Origin: Utricularia gibba
Lineage: Eukaryota > Plantae > Magnoliophyta
DNA length: 64,000 nt
Reading direction: 5' to 3'
NCBI GenBank assembly: GCA_002189035.1
Contig: NEEC01000011.1
Coordinates: forward strand, 682,001-746,000
The notes beneath the pieces are model-generated. The model saw only the letters and a program-made list of their open reading frames with translations, had not been told where the DNA came from and made no database searches. Position numbers and translations under genes: made by a program. This document shows positions 23,768 to 37,680 of this stretch, piece after piece. Each line of letters opens with the position of its first letter. Position 1 is the stretch's first letter.

Positions 23768-25178
23768 TGATAAACGGAAATTCCTTGTGTCATTGCAAAA
23801 ACAGAAAATTCGTTATCAAATAAATTTATAATCCCTAATCCTCACAAAATACAAATTAAACTAAAAATACACAGTGGAATTCGGGGTCGATAACAAGGAG
23901 CTTATTCTTGTCATATATTTCAGCAGATACAGAATTCAAAGTACAGGTAAGTCTTAGTCTAAGCTCGAACCAACAGTGGGAAACAAGTTCGGTAAACAAG
24001 GTCAGTAAATTGTATCAGGTTTTAACGCTACGGTAACAAGTACTGTTTCTAACTCAGAATAATACTAACGTGTCTTAAGGATCTACGGGTGGTGTGTCCC
24101 AGAATTCCTAATTTAATCTACCATGTTTCTATACTCACAACTTCAAATAACCTAAGTCTACCCAGGTCATTCACCATATTTTCGGCTAAGTTAGTCCTCC
24201 ATATCATCACCAACCTTACAATTAGGTCTACCTGCATGCAAAGCATATAGAACTAGGTCTACCCAGTTCTACTGGTTCTACCCCAGACTAACACCTACTG
24301 CTCCCGTCTTGATTTGTTGGTCTACCTCTAAATCAAGCATCTAAGTTGTAAAGCTACTTGTTCCCCTCCTTAGGTCTACCCATGGTTTGATAGAAACAAG
24401 AGCTAAGACACTAAGGTCAATTTTACTAAGACTCTTAGACCCACACCACCATGCTTCACCTTAAGGCACTCCTAGGGTTTAGCTACTCATGCTTTGAAGG
24501 TAAAATGTAATGACATTAACATAAAATAACGAAAATGTTGAGAGCATCGTGCAGAAGTTTAGTGCATAAACAAAAGACATCAACAAAGTAAAAGAAAGCA
24601 ATAAGAAGTCTGGTTTCCGTCTACTACTGTTCCTGGACTGAAACAGTAGCACTGAACTGGGTCTTGATCTTCTTCCTTCAAGCTGGAGGTTCTTCTCCAG
24701 AAAAATCCCTTTTCTTCCTCCTTCTCCTTTCGTGTTCTTCGGGTTTGAGTTGGGGTTGAGGGAGAAACCCCCTCGTTTGTGCTCTCTGAAAATTCTGGGG
24801 TAATCTCCCTTGTTTTGCGATTCTCTCTTTTCAGCTTTCTCTTGCCTCCCACTTCCCAAGGCAAGTACATTCTTTGAAAAATATGATGCTCCAGGCCTTG
24901 ACTTGCAGACTGTCGCCATGACAGTGTACTCATTGCCCCTGCACCCTGGTGACTTGCACGAAATCTAGATTTTTCCTTGATTCTTGGGCTGCTGCTAGAC
25001 TCCAAAATCGGGTTAGACATGGGGTAGGCTAAATCAAAGGATTTAGCCCACTAATCACACCAAAAATCATATTTTCCCTAATCAAATAAAATTACTTAAA
25101 ACTATAAAATTAACACTTAAACCTAACTAAAATCTATGATTTTTCTTATCCTAAAACATGAAAATTTGTGTGTTATCA
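23768..25178 (-). mobile_element. Athila LTR (about 1.41 kb)
   Basis: TGATAAACG...GTGTTATCA. Homologous to the other copies. Flanks CCAAC and CTGGC are not a TSD. Confidence 0.9.
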
Positions 25179-28145
25179 CTGGCATTGTGTTTCTGTTGCT
25201 GTAATTTTTCGCAGAAAAGTCATAGATAAATGGGTGAAGTGAAGAAAAACAGCAACGGCTCTTCTAAGTACTTTCAAGCAACAAGGGCATTTCTGTCATT
25301 CCCTCCGGTACAACTTCCCACTCATCTCAACGGTGTGATTTATGTAACTCCCCATCAATAACTCCTCTTAACATTTAAAATCATTTCCCAGCAGCACAAA
25401 ATACAGATAAAATTCTTAAAATAACAACATTAAACTAGAAATTAAAATGCTGAAATAAAAAACTTAGCCATGGGTTGCCTCCCATAAAAAACATAGTCAA
25501 TGACATGCTGATCAATCAAAATTCCATAAAATTCTTCAGCATCAAAGTCTGCTGGATAATCAAATAAAGAAGTAGCAAAATCATGCGAGTCTACTTGCTT
25601 TTTCGAGCAAAAACTAAGGGCAACATTCCACTCAACTAAAGAAAATGAAAACTCAGTGCCCATCAGACGAAAGCAAACAGCAGGAGGCTCCAAAATAGTT
25701 TCTGGAATTTTGTAAGTGAAAGTCGAAGCAAATTCATTTGATAGTTCCACATAAACAGGGAGCTTTAACTCAAATAAAGTCATGAAGGCAGAATTCTAAA
25801 ACATGGTGTAAACCTTATCTACTATGTTCAATTCGACAAGAATTGCAAAGTCAATGTGACGGCAAGGTAATACCATGGTACCTTTTACCTCTCCATACCT
25901 GTCCATGTATTATGCTGTCTCAAACTTTAGGTATTTTTCATTTAACATATCAGCATGGTGCTTGAAATAGGGAATTCCCTTCCCGGTCATTTATCGTTGA
26001 AATCGTTCCCTTTCCACTGCGAATCTCCCCGAATTCATGAACATAGGGACCAATTTTGGGAGGAATTTCTTTACCTTCTCAATCCCTTCCTGCTATTCTT
26101 CAGTCGTGCTCACAGTAGTTTCTGTAGGTGGAGTTCCCTGCTCTTTCTTACCTCGAGCTAGTGGTTGCACACCCTGTTCATCTATTTCCTGTGCATGTTC
26201 AGTTTCATTTTTATCTCCAGCCTCCTCCTGATTCTTTTCCGAAATTTCATTTTCAGCCTTAGGCTCTTCTTCTGCTGCCCCTTCTTCATTTCGTGAAATT
26301 CCAGCATTTTCCTCTATGGTGGGCAGCATTTGTTCTTCGAGTGCAGCAGATTCCTTCTCCGGCACAGGTTCCAACCGCGATGACTTCTGCTTTTTCGTTC
26401 TATGTTTCTTCCCCTTCTTCTTAAGCGAGACCTGCGGCTCTGCAGGTGGTTCTTCTGCTGGAGGTTTTCTCTTCTTGTAAGTTGCTTGCATGTCCTTCAA
26501 TCGTTGCTGAAGGCTAATATGCTCTGACTTGGAGGATGGGTCCTTCCGTTTTTTCTGTTTAGATGACTCCCCAACCTCCGCTGTCTGGGGAATCACTTCT
26601 GCTTCTCGAGGAGATTCTGTGGTGGCAACAATAGGCTGAACTACTTCTTCCTGGGTGGAACAACACTGGTGGTTGCTTCAACATCTCCTGTTCCTTCCTT
26701 TGCTTGCTCCTTTCTCGTCTTTTTCTGGCTAGTCTTTTCTTTTGCGGCATTCTTTGTGCTTCTAGTCGCTGGCATCGTGTTTCAGTTGCTGTAATTTTTC
26801 GCAGAAAAATCGCAGACAAATGGGTGAAGTGAAAAATTTCTTTCACAACAAAAGGCCCTATCCATCTTGATTTCAGTTTCCCAGGATGCAATTTGAACCT
26901 GGATTGGAATAATAAAACCTTCTGGCTAATCTCGAAATTTCTCCTGGAAATATGCGCATCGTGATAGCTCTTAGTCCGAGCTTTGAATAGTTTTGAGCTC
27001 TCGTACACATCATTTCTCAACTCCTCCAATTCTGAAAGCTAGAGTTTCCTATGGCTTGCACTAAGATCCGTATCCAAGTTCAACTTCTTCATAGCCCACC
27101 AAGCCTTGTGTTCAAGAGCTGCTGGTAATCTACAAGGCTTCCCATAGACCAACCGAAATGGTGAGGTCCCAATGGGAGTCTTGTATGCTGTTCGTATGGC
27201 CCATAGTGCATCCTTTAACCTCATGCTCCAGTCCTTCCTGTTTGGGTTCACAACTTTCTCCAGAATTTGTTTGATTTCCCTGTTGGAGACTTCAATTTGT
27301 CCATTGGTCTGTGGATGGTACGCTATAGAAGGCTTGTACCAAACATTAAAATGTTTCAATACACTCCCTAAGGCCTGATTGTAAAAATGTGTTCCCCTAT
27401 CACTGATCAGCGCCTTAGGAGTTCCATATCTCGTGAAGATGTTGTTGCACAAGAAATTAATCACAGTTTTTGCATCATCAGTCCGTGTAGGGATTACCTC
27501 AATCCATTTGGACACATAATCAACCGCAACCAAAATGTAATTGTAACCTGCTGAAGTAGGAAAATGTCCAATAAAATCTATACCCCATACATAAAATAAT
27601 TCACATACCAGGATTCCTTTCTGGGGTATTTCGTTATTGTTTGATAAATTTCCTATCCTTTGGCATGGTTCACAACCTTTGCAATAGGCGTAACAATCTC
27701 TGAAAATATGTGGCCAATAAAGTCCACAGTCTAGAATCTTTCTGGCTGTTCGGTGTTGTCCATGATGGCCACCAAAAGGTCCTGCATGACAAGAATCAAT
27801 GATTTTTTGAATTTCATTTTCATGAACACACCTTTGAATGATGCCATCATTGCATCTCTTCCATAAATATGGATCATCCCATATGTAGTATTTGGCATCA
27901 CTCTTAAGCTTGTTCCTCGCATGATAGTCCATTCCAGGTGACATCACCCCTGTTGAAACAAAGTTTGCAAGATCAGCAAACCACAGTTCACGTATACTAG
28001 TCCGAATTGAGAATAGCTGTTCATCGGGAAACGTTTCAGTGATGATTCCATCTCCTTCACTTCCTTCAATCCTGCTGAGATGATCTGCCACAAGGTTCTC
28101 CCTTCCGGGCCTGTCCTTTATCTCAACATCAAATTCTTGAATAGG
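25179..28145 (-). pseudogene. Rearranged Athila internal region: RNase H end, integrase, env-like ORF
   Basis: 27039-28091 integrase (CHAGPFGGH, CKGCEPCQ, WGIDFIG, YHPQTNGQ); 25442-26596 env-like pieces homologous to 4178-5180; leader segment duplicated. Confidence 0.9.
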
Positions 28146-28249
28146 TTGTCTTTAAATGTGGACACCAAATTTATAGGAGCACATTTCCGGTCATCTGTCA
28201 ACCTCCAAAGATCGGTAATTTCTTTTTCCTTTCGTTCCTCTATGAAAGA

Positions 28250-28460
28250 AAAATTCTCGGTTAGAGTATCCCAGACTTAGGTATGGTGCATTGTTTTATG
28301 AGGTTGTTGACCCCAGCGATCAAGGCTATGTCTAGAACACTTCTAGCCATAAGGTTTTTTGTCATTCCATTTTGCTTCAGCTGCCGCATCTGCATCAATG
28401 AACCCCAAAGCTTCAATGTCTTTTCCATCAAAAACAGATGGTGATGCCATTCCTAATTCT
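28250..28460 (-). pseudogene. Ty1/copia gag N-terminal remnant
   Basis: Minus strand MASPSVFDGKD...KWNDKNLMARSVL...IKQCT, resembling the copia gag start. Confidence 0.5.
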
Positions 28461-28830
28461 GCACTTCCTGCAAAAACAAGTGAGGAAAGAACACAAAGCT
28501 TGATGTGATACGAGTAACCTTTGAGGTCTTATGAGATCTAATGGTTACATTTATGAGCATTGGAGTTGCTTGTCTTGGGCCTTTTACTTGTGTGATTGGG
28601 CATATTAAACTTGAGCCCAATGAGTTGCTATTCCGACCTACATATTTCATCATCTAATTTCCAGGCCATCATTTTTATCTTCCCATTCATTGGGCTGTGG
28701 GATTTTTTCTTTCTTTAAGGGTTTGAACTAATTCATCACGACAGTTCATCGACACCCAACATTTTTCCATCACCACAGTAGTAGTGAAAAGATCTATTGC
28801 TTTAATTCATGTTATAAAATAGATGATTTT

Positions 28831-30222
28831 TGATAGCACACAAATTTTCATATTTTAAGATATGAGAAATCATAAATTTTTAATTGTATTTATATGTTAA
28901 TTTTATAGTTTTAAGTATTTTATTCGATTAGGAAAAATATGGTTTTTGGTGTATTAGTGGTCTAAATCCTTTGATTTAGCCCATCCCATGTTTAAACCGA
29001 TTTTGGAGTCTAGCAGCAACCCAAGGATCAAGGAAAAATCTAGATTTCGTGCAAGTCATCAGAGTGCAGGGGGCAATGAGTACATTGTCACAACGACAGT
29101 CTGCAAGTCAAGGCCTAGAGAAGCAGATCTGTCAGAGAGTGTACTTGCCTTGGGCAATGGGAGGCAAGAGAAACGACATTAGGAGAGAGAGTCGCAAAAG
29201 AGGGGGGACAATCAAAATTTTCAGAGAACACACACGATGGGGTTTCTCCCCCAACTCGAACACGAAGAAACTGAAGGAGAAGAAGGAAGGCGATTTTTCT
29301 GGAGAAGAACCTCCAGCTTGAAAGAAGAAGATCAAGACCCAGTTCAGCGCCACTGCTCCAGCTTATGAGCAATGGTAGACGGAATCCAGAAACCTTACTG
29401 CTTTATTTTAGCTTGTTGATGTTTTTAGTTTCTCAATCCAACATCTGCACAATATTCTTAACATTTTCGTTATTTTATGTTAATGCCATTACATTTTACC
29501 TTCAAAACATGAGTAGCTAAATCCTAGGAATGCTTTAAGGTGAAGCATGGTGGTGTGAATCTAGGAGTTTTAATAAAATTGATCATTGTTCCTTAGCTCT
29601 TGTTTCTATCAAGCCATGGGTAGACCTAAGGAGGGGAACAAGCAGCTTCACACTTAGATGCTTGATTTAGAGGTAGACCAACAAATCAAGATGGGAACAG
29701 TAGGTGTTAGTCTAGGGTAGAACCGGTTAGACCTAGTTCTATATGCGTTGCATGCGGGTAGACCTAATTGTAAGGTTTGTGATGATATGGGGGACTAATT
29801 TAGCCGAAAATGTGATGTATGACCTGGGTAAACTTAGGCTATTTGAAGTTGTGAGTGTAAGAATATGGTAGATTAAATTAGGAATTTTGGCACCACACCA
29901 CGTGTAGATCCTTAAGGGACGTTAGTATTATTCCGACTTAAAACCAGTATCTGTTACTTTAGCATTAAGACCTGATATTGTTTACTGATCTTGTTTACCG
30001 AACATGTTCATCATTGTTGGTCCGAGCTTAGACTAAGACTCACCTATACTTTGAATTCTGCATCTGCTGAAATATATGACAAGCACAAGCTCCTTGTGAT
30101 TGACCTTGAATTCCACTGTGCATTTTCAGTTTAATTTGTATTTTGTGAGGATTAGAGACTATAAATTTATTTGATAACGAATTTTCTATTTTTGCAACGA
30201 CACTAGGAATTTATGTTTATCA
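28831..30222 (+). mobile_element. Athila solo LTR with 5-bp TSD ATTTT
   Basis: TGATAGCAC...GTTTATCA, flanked by ATTTT at 28826-28830 and 30223-30227. No PBS follows. Confidence 0.92.
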
Positions 30223-30674
30223 ATTTTATATCTAATTCTATAAAAATAGGGACAAATGGATGAATAGGAGATGAGTTGTGGAAGTATCGACAGTGCTTAA
30301 ATTATCAACAGGCTTTTCAATCGCCTTGAAAATCTGTCCAAGAGTCACTCCACCTTTAGGATAGTAAGAAATCAAACAATTGAATTCAAACTAATTGTTC
30401 TCTAGCACACCAATCCATTAATTCACTAACTAAGAAATCATGCCATCCAATTGAGTCCAACTAAATTATTTGCTTACTCTTGATCAGTCACTTCAACCAA
30501 GCTACTTTGTAAATTTCAAGTGGATGAAAAAAATTTTAAGAAAATATTCCATTATAGACAATCTGATCTATCTTATAAAAAAAATTTGTATGGAATATTT
30601 GAGCTTATTAGGTATGCCTTTACTCATCACTCGAAGACTAATTTACCGTTCTCTTGAGAAGGGTAGTCGAGGAC

Positions 30675-31860
30675 TGATAACACACAAGTTTTTCTATTTT
30701 TATGCTATGAAAATTATACGTTTTTAATCATGTTTTAGATGTTTATCTTATGGTTTTAGATATTCTATAAAACAATTTAGGAAATATCTATTTTTTTGTG
30801 TTAGTAGACTAAATCCTTTGATTTAGTCCACTCCATATTCTAACCCAATTGTACGCTAGCAGCAAAATCTGAATTCAGGGGCAAAATAAAGATTTTGTGT
30901 AGCAGTCATGCAGCAAGAGGACTACCATAAAAGGAGGAGACAATGAGTGCACTTTCACCATAGCAGATTGCAAGTGTAGGGCAAGAGTAGTAGTGCTGTC
31001 ATAGAAGCATTCTTGCTTAGGAAAATGGAGAAAGAGAGAGAAAAAGGGAGAGCTTCAGCAATGAAAGATCATACACGCATAGGGGGAAGCTCCAACAACA
31101 CGAACACTGAACCAGAAAGAAGAAGAAGGAGATTTTCAGGAAAAAGACTCTTCAACCTGAAGAACACCACCAAGACTCAGTTCAGTGTTACTATTCCGAG
31201 TTGTAAACAGTAGTCGATGGAAATTTGAACTATTTCTACTTTATTTTCGTTTGCTAAATATTTTTAGTTTCTATGACTAACTTTCTCATAATGTTTTTGA
31301 TATTTTCAAATACTTTACCATAATGATATCATGCTTTATTTTTCACACATGAGTGGTTAGACTTTGGAGATGCCTAAAGGTGTGAATAGGTGATGTGGAT
31401 TAGGATTCATAAGATAACTGATTATTGTATCTTAACTTTTGTTCTATCATTTCTCAAGTGAACCTAAGGGTAGACAAAATAATCATGGAGAGGATAGTTA
31501 GGGTTAGTCCGAGATAGAATCAGTAGAGGCGGATAGACTTAGTTCTACATATTTTGCACATGAGTAAACCTGAGTATGAGATAGGTGATGATAAAGGGGT
31601 TATCTTAACCAAAAACATATGAAATAACCTGGTTAAATTTAGGATGTTTGGAGTTATGAGTATAAAAACATTATAAATTAAATTAGGAATCTTAGTACCA
31701 CATTATCTGCACACCCTTGAAACATCTTAGTATTACTTTGTACTTAAAACGAGTATTTGTTACTTTCCATGTTGAGATTTGATTTTACGTATTGAACTTG
31801 CTTACCACTATTGCTTTGAGCTTAGACTAAGAGTAACATTTATCTTGTGATCTTGCATAT
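30675..31860 (+). mobile_element. Diverged Athila-family LTR, 3'-truncated
   Basis: Starts TGATAACACACAAG and follows the 28831 LTR as far as GAGCTTAGACTAAGA, then switches to chromovirus gag. Confidence 0.75.
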
Positions 31861-34800
31861 AAGAAAATGCTTTGCAAGCATCTACTTCTTGATTGACCCC
31901 AAATCCACGATTTCTCTTTCTTGACTTTGGAAAAAAGACAGAGAACAGTGATAATAAACAGGAGCAAGAACTACATGTCTCCTTACATGCAGTCTTAAGA
32001 CAAGTTGGCAGTGCACCCAAGGGCAAGGTCAAAGTAAAGTATACATCATGAGACAATCATTTTTGTTCTTGATTGACTCAAGGACGCACAGCTTCTCACA
32101 TGAGTCAATAGCAATCAAACTACAACTAAAAATGACTCCAAAGAAGAAACTATCAGCAATGGTACCTCATGGAGAGTCCATCCAATGCCCTGGAGTGTGC
32201 GAGGAGTTCTTGCTGCAAGGTGAAGACTATGAATTTACGTTCGACTTATACTTAATACCCTTGGTGGGATTCTCAGGTGTCTTAGGCTATGATTGGTTGG
32301 AAGGTATTGGTACTATAAATTGGGACTTTAAACTTCAGAAAATAGCCTTCCAACGAGATAATCATGCATATACCATAAATGGACATGAACGTGACCACCA
32401 AGAGCACATGACGCAACTCAAATTAGAGATTTAAATGGGCTCTAAAATGTGGGAACACATGCTGCGGGGCCTACTTCATAATTTTCAGTCTTTATTTGAG
32501 GAACCCCTGAACCTACCTCCTCTCAGATTATGTGATCATCAAATCTATCTTATTGCAGGAGCTAACCCCACCTCTCGGAGACCTTATCGTTACCCACAAG
32601 CTCTGAGGACTGTAAACGAAAGTCAAGTTAAGGAACTCCTAGAAAGTGGGTTGATCAGAAACAGCACTTCCCCTTTCTCGGCCCCTGTTTTATTAGTAGC
32701 AAAAAGAGATGGTGGATGGTTTATGTGTGTAAATTATAGAGCACTCAATCTATTAACGTTAAGGAACAGTTCCCAACACCAACCTTGGAGGAATTTACAG
32801 GGGAACTTCATGGAGTTAAGATGTTCTCAAAGTTAGACTTGCGATCTGGCTATCATCAAGTTAGCATGCATGAAGAATCAATTTCCAAAACACCATTCCA
32901 GGCATCGGAAGGGCAACATGAATTCCTAGTCATGCCATTTGGCTTGACCAATGCCCAGATCACCTTTCAAAACCTGATGAACTCAGTTTTCCATCCCTAT
33001 ATCAGAAAATTTGTGTTAGTATTCTTTGATGATATATTGATTTATAGTGAAAACCTTGAAGAGCATATGAGACACTTGCAAAAGGTATTCCAATTACTCC
33101 ATGACCATCAGCTTTTTATTATAGATTTGAAATGCATATTTTGCACATCAAATGTGGAGTATCATGGGCACAAAATTGGAGCTGATGGTATTCATGTGGA
33201 CCAGACAAAAATCGAAGCAATATTACAATGGTCCAAACCATTAAATATGAAAGGCTGAAGAGGTTTTCTGGGAGTTGCTGAGTATTATAGACATTTTGTT
33301 CCTCACTTCAGCAGTCTCTCTGCCCCACTCACTACCATGTTGAAACATGACAACTTCCGGTGGACTCCAGCAGCAGAATCCGCGTTTGAAGCATTAAAGG
33401 TAGTTCTCACGCAAGCACCTGTGCTAACGTCTCAAAATTTTCAGGAGCAATTTATCATAGAGTGTGATGCTTCAGATCATGGAATAGGGGCTGTGTTGCA
33501 TCAGGACCAACATCCGATTGCATATTTCAGTAAGATTCTAGCAGAAAGGCATAAATCATTAGCCACTTACGAGAAAGAGCTTATTGGAATGGTGTATGCC
33601 ATTAAGCATTGGAGGAACTACCTTTGGGGTAGACCATTTTGGTAAAGACCGATCACAAAAGCCTTCAATGTTTGATGCAACAAACAGTCACAACACCGTT
33701 CTAGCAGAAATGGCTAAGCAAAGTACGGTTTTTCTATTGAACACAAACAAGGAAAACAAAATGTCGCTGCTGATGCACTCTCTAGAAAACAAGAGGTAGA
33801 AGCTAGCATGTTGTCTTTCTCAATGCCCAAATTTGCACTCACTGATCACTTGAGGCAAGAACTGGTAACGGAACCAGAGTTACAGAGTCTATTTCAAGAT
33901 ATTCAACAAGGAACTAAAGGAAAAATTGGCAAACCAAAGATGGACTCATCTTATACAAGGATAGAATTTACTTGAGAAACAACTATAAGTATATTCAAGA
34001 AATCCTATCTTCTGTTCATAACTCTTGCTATGAAGGTATGAATAAGACATTGCAAAGTATCAAAAGGGATTTCTTTTGGCCAGAAATGGGAACTCATGTG
34101 CAGGAATTTGTTAATAATTGCAAGACTTGTCTGCAATCGAAGATGGAGCAATTGCAACCAGGGGGTCTACTTCAACCGTTAAGCATCCCTGAAAGAATTT
34201 GGTCTAAGATTTTCATGGACTTTATAGAAGGATAACCGATCTCCAGAGGTAAGAAGGTTATTTTGGTGGTTGTAGACCGATTATCCAAGTATGTTCATTT
34301 CACCTCGCTGAGCCACCCTTATACTGCTGTTTCTGTGGCTAAAATTTTTTTTGATACTGTTTTTAAGTTGCATGGATTACAGGAGACTATCACTAGTGAC
34401 AGGGATGTTGTGTTCACAAATTCCTTTTGGAGGGAACTCTTTCGATTATCGGGAACAAAGTTACAACTCTCCACAGCGTATCACCCCCAATCAGATGGTC
34501 AAACAGAGGCTGTTAATAAAATTTTGGAGACTCATTTGAGGTGCTGGGTGGGCGACTGTTCGAACAAATGAGGAGATTGGATTGTATGGGCTGAATATAT
34601 TGATAACACTAGCTTCCAAGGTTCCATTGGGACAACCCCTTTTGAATTAGTTTATGGAAGAGCTCCTCCTTCACTTATCACTTATGAGGGAAGTTCTCAG
34701 GTGGCAGCGGTGGATATGGAATTAAAAAATAGACATGATGTTCTGTCAATGGCAAAGGAGAGACTAAAACGCAGTCAACAATTCATGGCTCACTATTACA

Positions 34801-35040
34801 ACAAGAAGCATCGATGTATTTCATATGAAGAGAAGGACAAGGTGTGGCTTAAATTGCATCCAACACAACACAACTTTCACTGGTACAGAATACTCTAAAT
34901 TGCATCCAAGGTATTTCGGGCCTTTTGAGATCAAAAAAAATTGGGAGATCTTGCTTATGAGTTGCCGTTGCCTCTAGAAGTACAAATCCACCCTATATTC
35001 CATGTCTCTAAACTCAAATCTTGCAAGAGCAATTTCGAAC
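31861..35040 (+). pseudogene. Chromovirus-type (Reina/CRM-like) Ty3/gypsy gag end, PR, RT, RH, INT
   Basis: LHVSLHAV; FLIDSRTHSF...VLGYDWL; RRPYRYP...SPFSAPVLLV; FFDDILIYS; FIIECDASDHGIGAVL; STAYHPQSDGQTE; YFGPF...IHPIFHVSKLK. No LTR or chromodomain seen. Confidence 0.9.
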
Positions 35041-36099
35041 TAACTCAATTCTAAGGAAAATTGGAGAAATAAAAAGAAGAGAGAGAGCTCATCACTACTG
35101 GTAAGCATTCAATTGAAGAATATGTTTTTATTTTTTAGAAAAAAAAATATATATATATATATATTTTTTTTGTAGAGTAAAGAAGCTAAACAAAGGTTTG
35201 ATAATTATTCCATATATTCAATTGTTGGTACTCGATCTTTCCATTGGAGTTATACAATGAGAAACAAAAGCATGGCATGATGGCACTTGCACAAGATAAA
35301 ACAAATGAAAGGTGACGGATTTTTAGTTTTTAATTCAAATATGCATTGAATGAGATTCATGCAATCCAAAAGCTTGCTTTTCATTTTCATACATTCCCTC
35401 GTTGGCCACCTTTGTACACTACCAAGATATGGTTTGCTTATTGTCATCCAACAATTTTTTTAATTTTTTTATTTAATTTTCTTTTAATAAAATAAATTTT
35501 AGCAGGGTAAATCATTATTTTTTTTCATTTCCAGTAAATCTATTAAGGTATGGTTTGTAGGGATAGATTTGAATTTTTTATACGAGCTTTGATTAACATG
35601 GCATAATGATGCTTGTGAACAGTGTAGTTCGCATGATTCTTGCATCCGGAAGTTATTAGTAGGGTCATCTTTATAACCATGAACATGCACATGTGGTGCG
35701 ACATATGTGCATTGTTCAGATAAAAAAAATTGCTCTTTTATGGATATCATTAAACAAGATTAGATTTCTTTAAAGTTTGAAAATAATTCTTACTCAAGTG
35801 TAAGGGAACGCTACCATTTTTTAATGGTTTTCTTCACAACAAATATGCTTGTCTTTTACTCACTTATCACAACCTATCATTTGGTTTTGGCATGTTTTAA
35901 GCATCTGCTTAGGATGCTTCAATTCTGATATCTTTTTATTGAGTAATATTTTGTCTATGTAAGATGTTTAGCTTTTGTATAGTATGATCATTTACTTCCC
36001 AAACTTATGCTACAAAAGCAATATTTCATAATAAGGTGGTCTCTTTATTTACTAATTTTCTATTAGTGAGTTGAGTTTGAAAAGATTAAGGATTTGCCT

Positions 36100-37680
36100 T
36101 GTGCATGCTATTTGGATAATGCAAGAAATCTTCTGAAAGAGGACTAAGGCATCAGGATTTGTCGAATTAGTATCCATCGCAGCTCACCCTCTCTCCGTTT
36201 AGTGAACAACATTGGAACTTAAACCTTTTTTTTGTTTCACATATCAGAAGCCTAATATCATTTTATTGAAAAACTCCAATCCCTTTGGGCTGGATTTGAG
36301 TATTTTGAAATTATTTTTGGAATGATTATCATTATTTGTAATATAGGTTAAGAAAGCTTTCTCAATTCTGAAATTGCCAACTACAAGTGAAAATTTTTGA
36401 GATGCACAAATGTTCAAGAAATCATGTTCAAAAGGCCTACAAATGAAGTCAATCCATTCAAGCCTCTAGAAAAACAGTGGAACACGAGAAGCACATATGA
36501 GATTTAACATTATCAAAGAAGCTATATTCAACATGGATTCAAAGGAGAAAATTTCTGATTTATCCAACCAAATCAAGATGCTCACTTCTTTTAGCTCATC
36601 TTGTAGCATCGAACCAAATTTCAACCCTGTGCAATACTTTTGCCGTACTTCAAGAAAAATACCTCATGATTGCAAAAACTTGTTGAAGATGCATATATGG
36701 AGCACTTGCATAAGTACATTCACTCGTTTGTAATTAGGTGTTGAATAATTTTCCTTCATTTTAACCTACTCTTATGGACATTTTTTTTTTTTTGAGTGAA
36801 TGAGAAATTTATGAAGAGTGGACTTGAGTAAAGGAGTTTAGTCTTTGAGCATGCTATTTGGATACGCAACATCTTACTTGCCTTGAAATTTTTTTCAAAA
36901 TGACATTTTCATATAAGAGCACTTGAAACATTGCTTAAGGATAAGCAACATCTAACCGTGGAGAGTTGATGAGCAGTTTTGTTTTGTATCAACCTGAGCT
37001 TTTTCATCATTCTTTCGAATTTTTTTGGTCAACTTTATGTCTCATTTTTCAATAACTTTTATTGATTTTGCATTTTTTACATTAATAGGATATTTTTACC
37101 AAGAATTTTTTTGTGAATTTTGAAGATACTATTTAGTTAATTTGATGAGAAATCAAGATCTAATAATTAATATATTTGAGAGTGCAGGAAATTAAGTTCA
37201 AGAAGAGATCCAAAAATGAAGATTCGATCTAAAATTCCAGTTATAGATAAAGATTTGAAGATCTTGTAAGATTTAATTACAAGTTGTGAACAAAAGATTT
37301 GAATGTAAGATATATAAAATATTTGATTCAAATATATCAAGTAATCTCAATAAAAGTTTCGAATCATATTTTTTATAAATATCTCTCTTTCACAATTATT
37401 AGAGACATCTTTTGATCATGTTTCTCTTTTACTTTTTGTATTTTCCTGCTTTTCATGTTCTATAGTCACACATGTGTGCACAAGCACTTACAAGCAATGA
37501 TTTTTAGTGAAGCCACAAGTCTTTGCATATGATATTATTTTGTTATGTTCTTTGACATTTAATTTGAAATTTGATTTTATTTTATGTAATATTTTCCTTA
37601 CCACCATGATCTTGATTACCATTAAACAAAAGATGGTGGTATAATAGTTATCAAATATCACTATTTTTGAATAACATCAA
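36100..37680 (+). mobile_element. Old Athila-like 3'UTR plus LTR remnant
   Basis: TTGCTTAAGGATAAGCAA...GTGGAGAGT followed by TGATGAG at 36967 mirrors the Athila 3'UTR/PPT/LTR junction. The right boundary is uncertain. Confidence 0.4.

Noticed and set aside
24479-25020. 146-aa ORFs on the minus strand, with counterparts at 28988-29372, 2314-2750, 19811-20165 and 31013-31213
   Set aside because: They lie in the purine/pyrimidine-biased U3 of the Athila LTR and their frames are not conserved between copies. Compositional artefacts.
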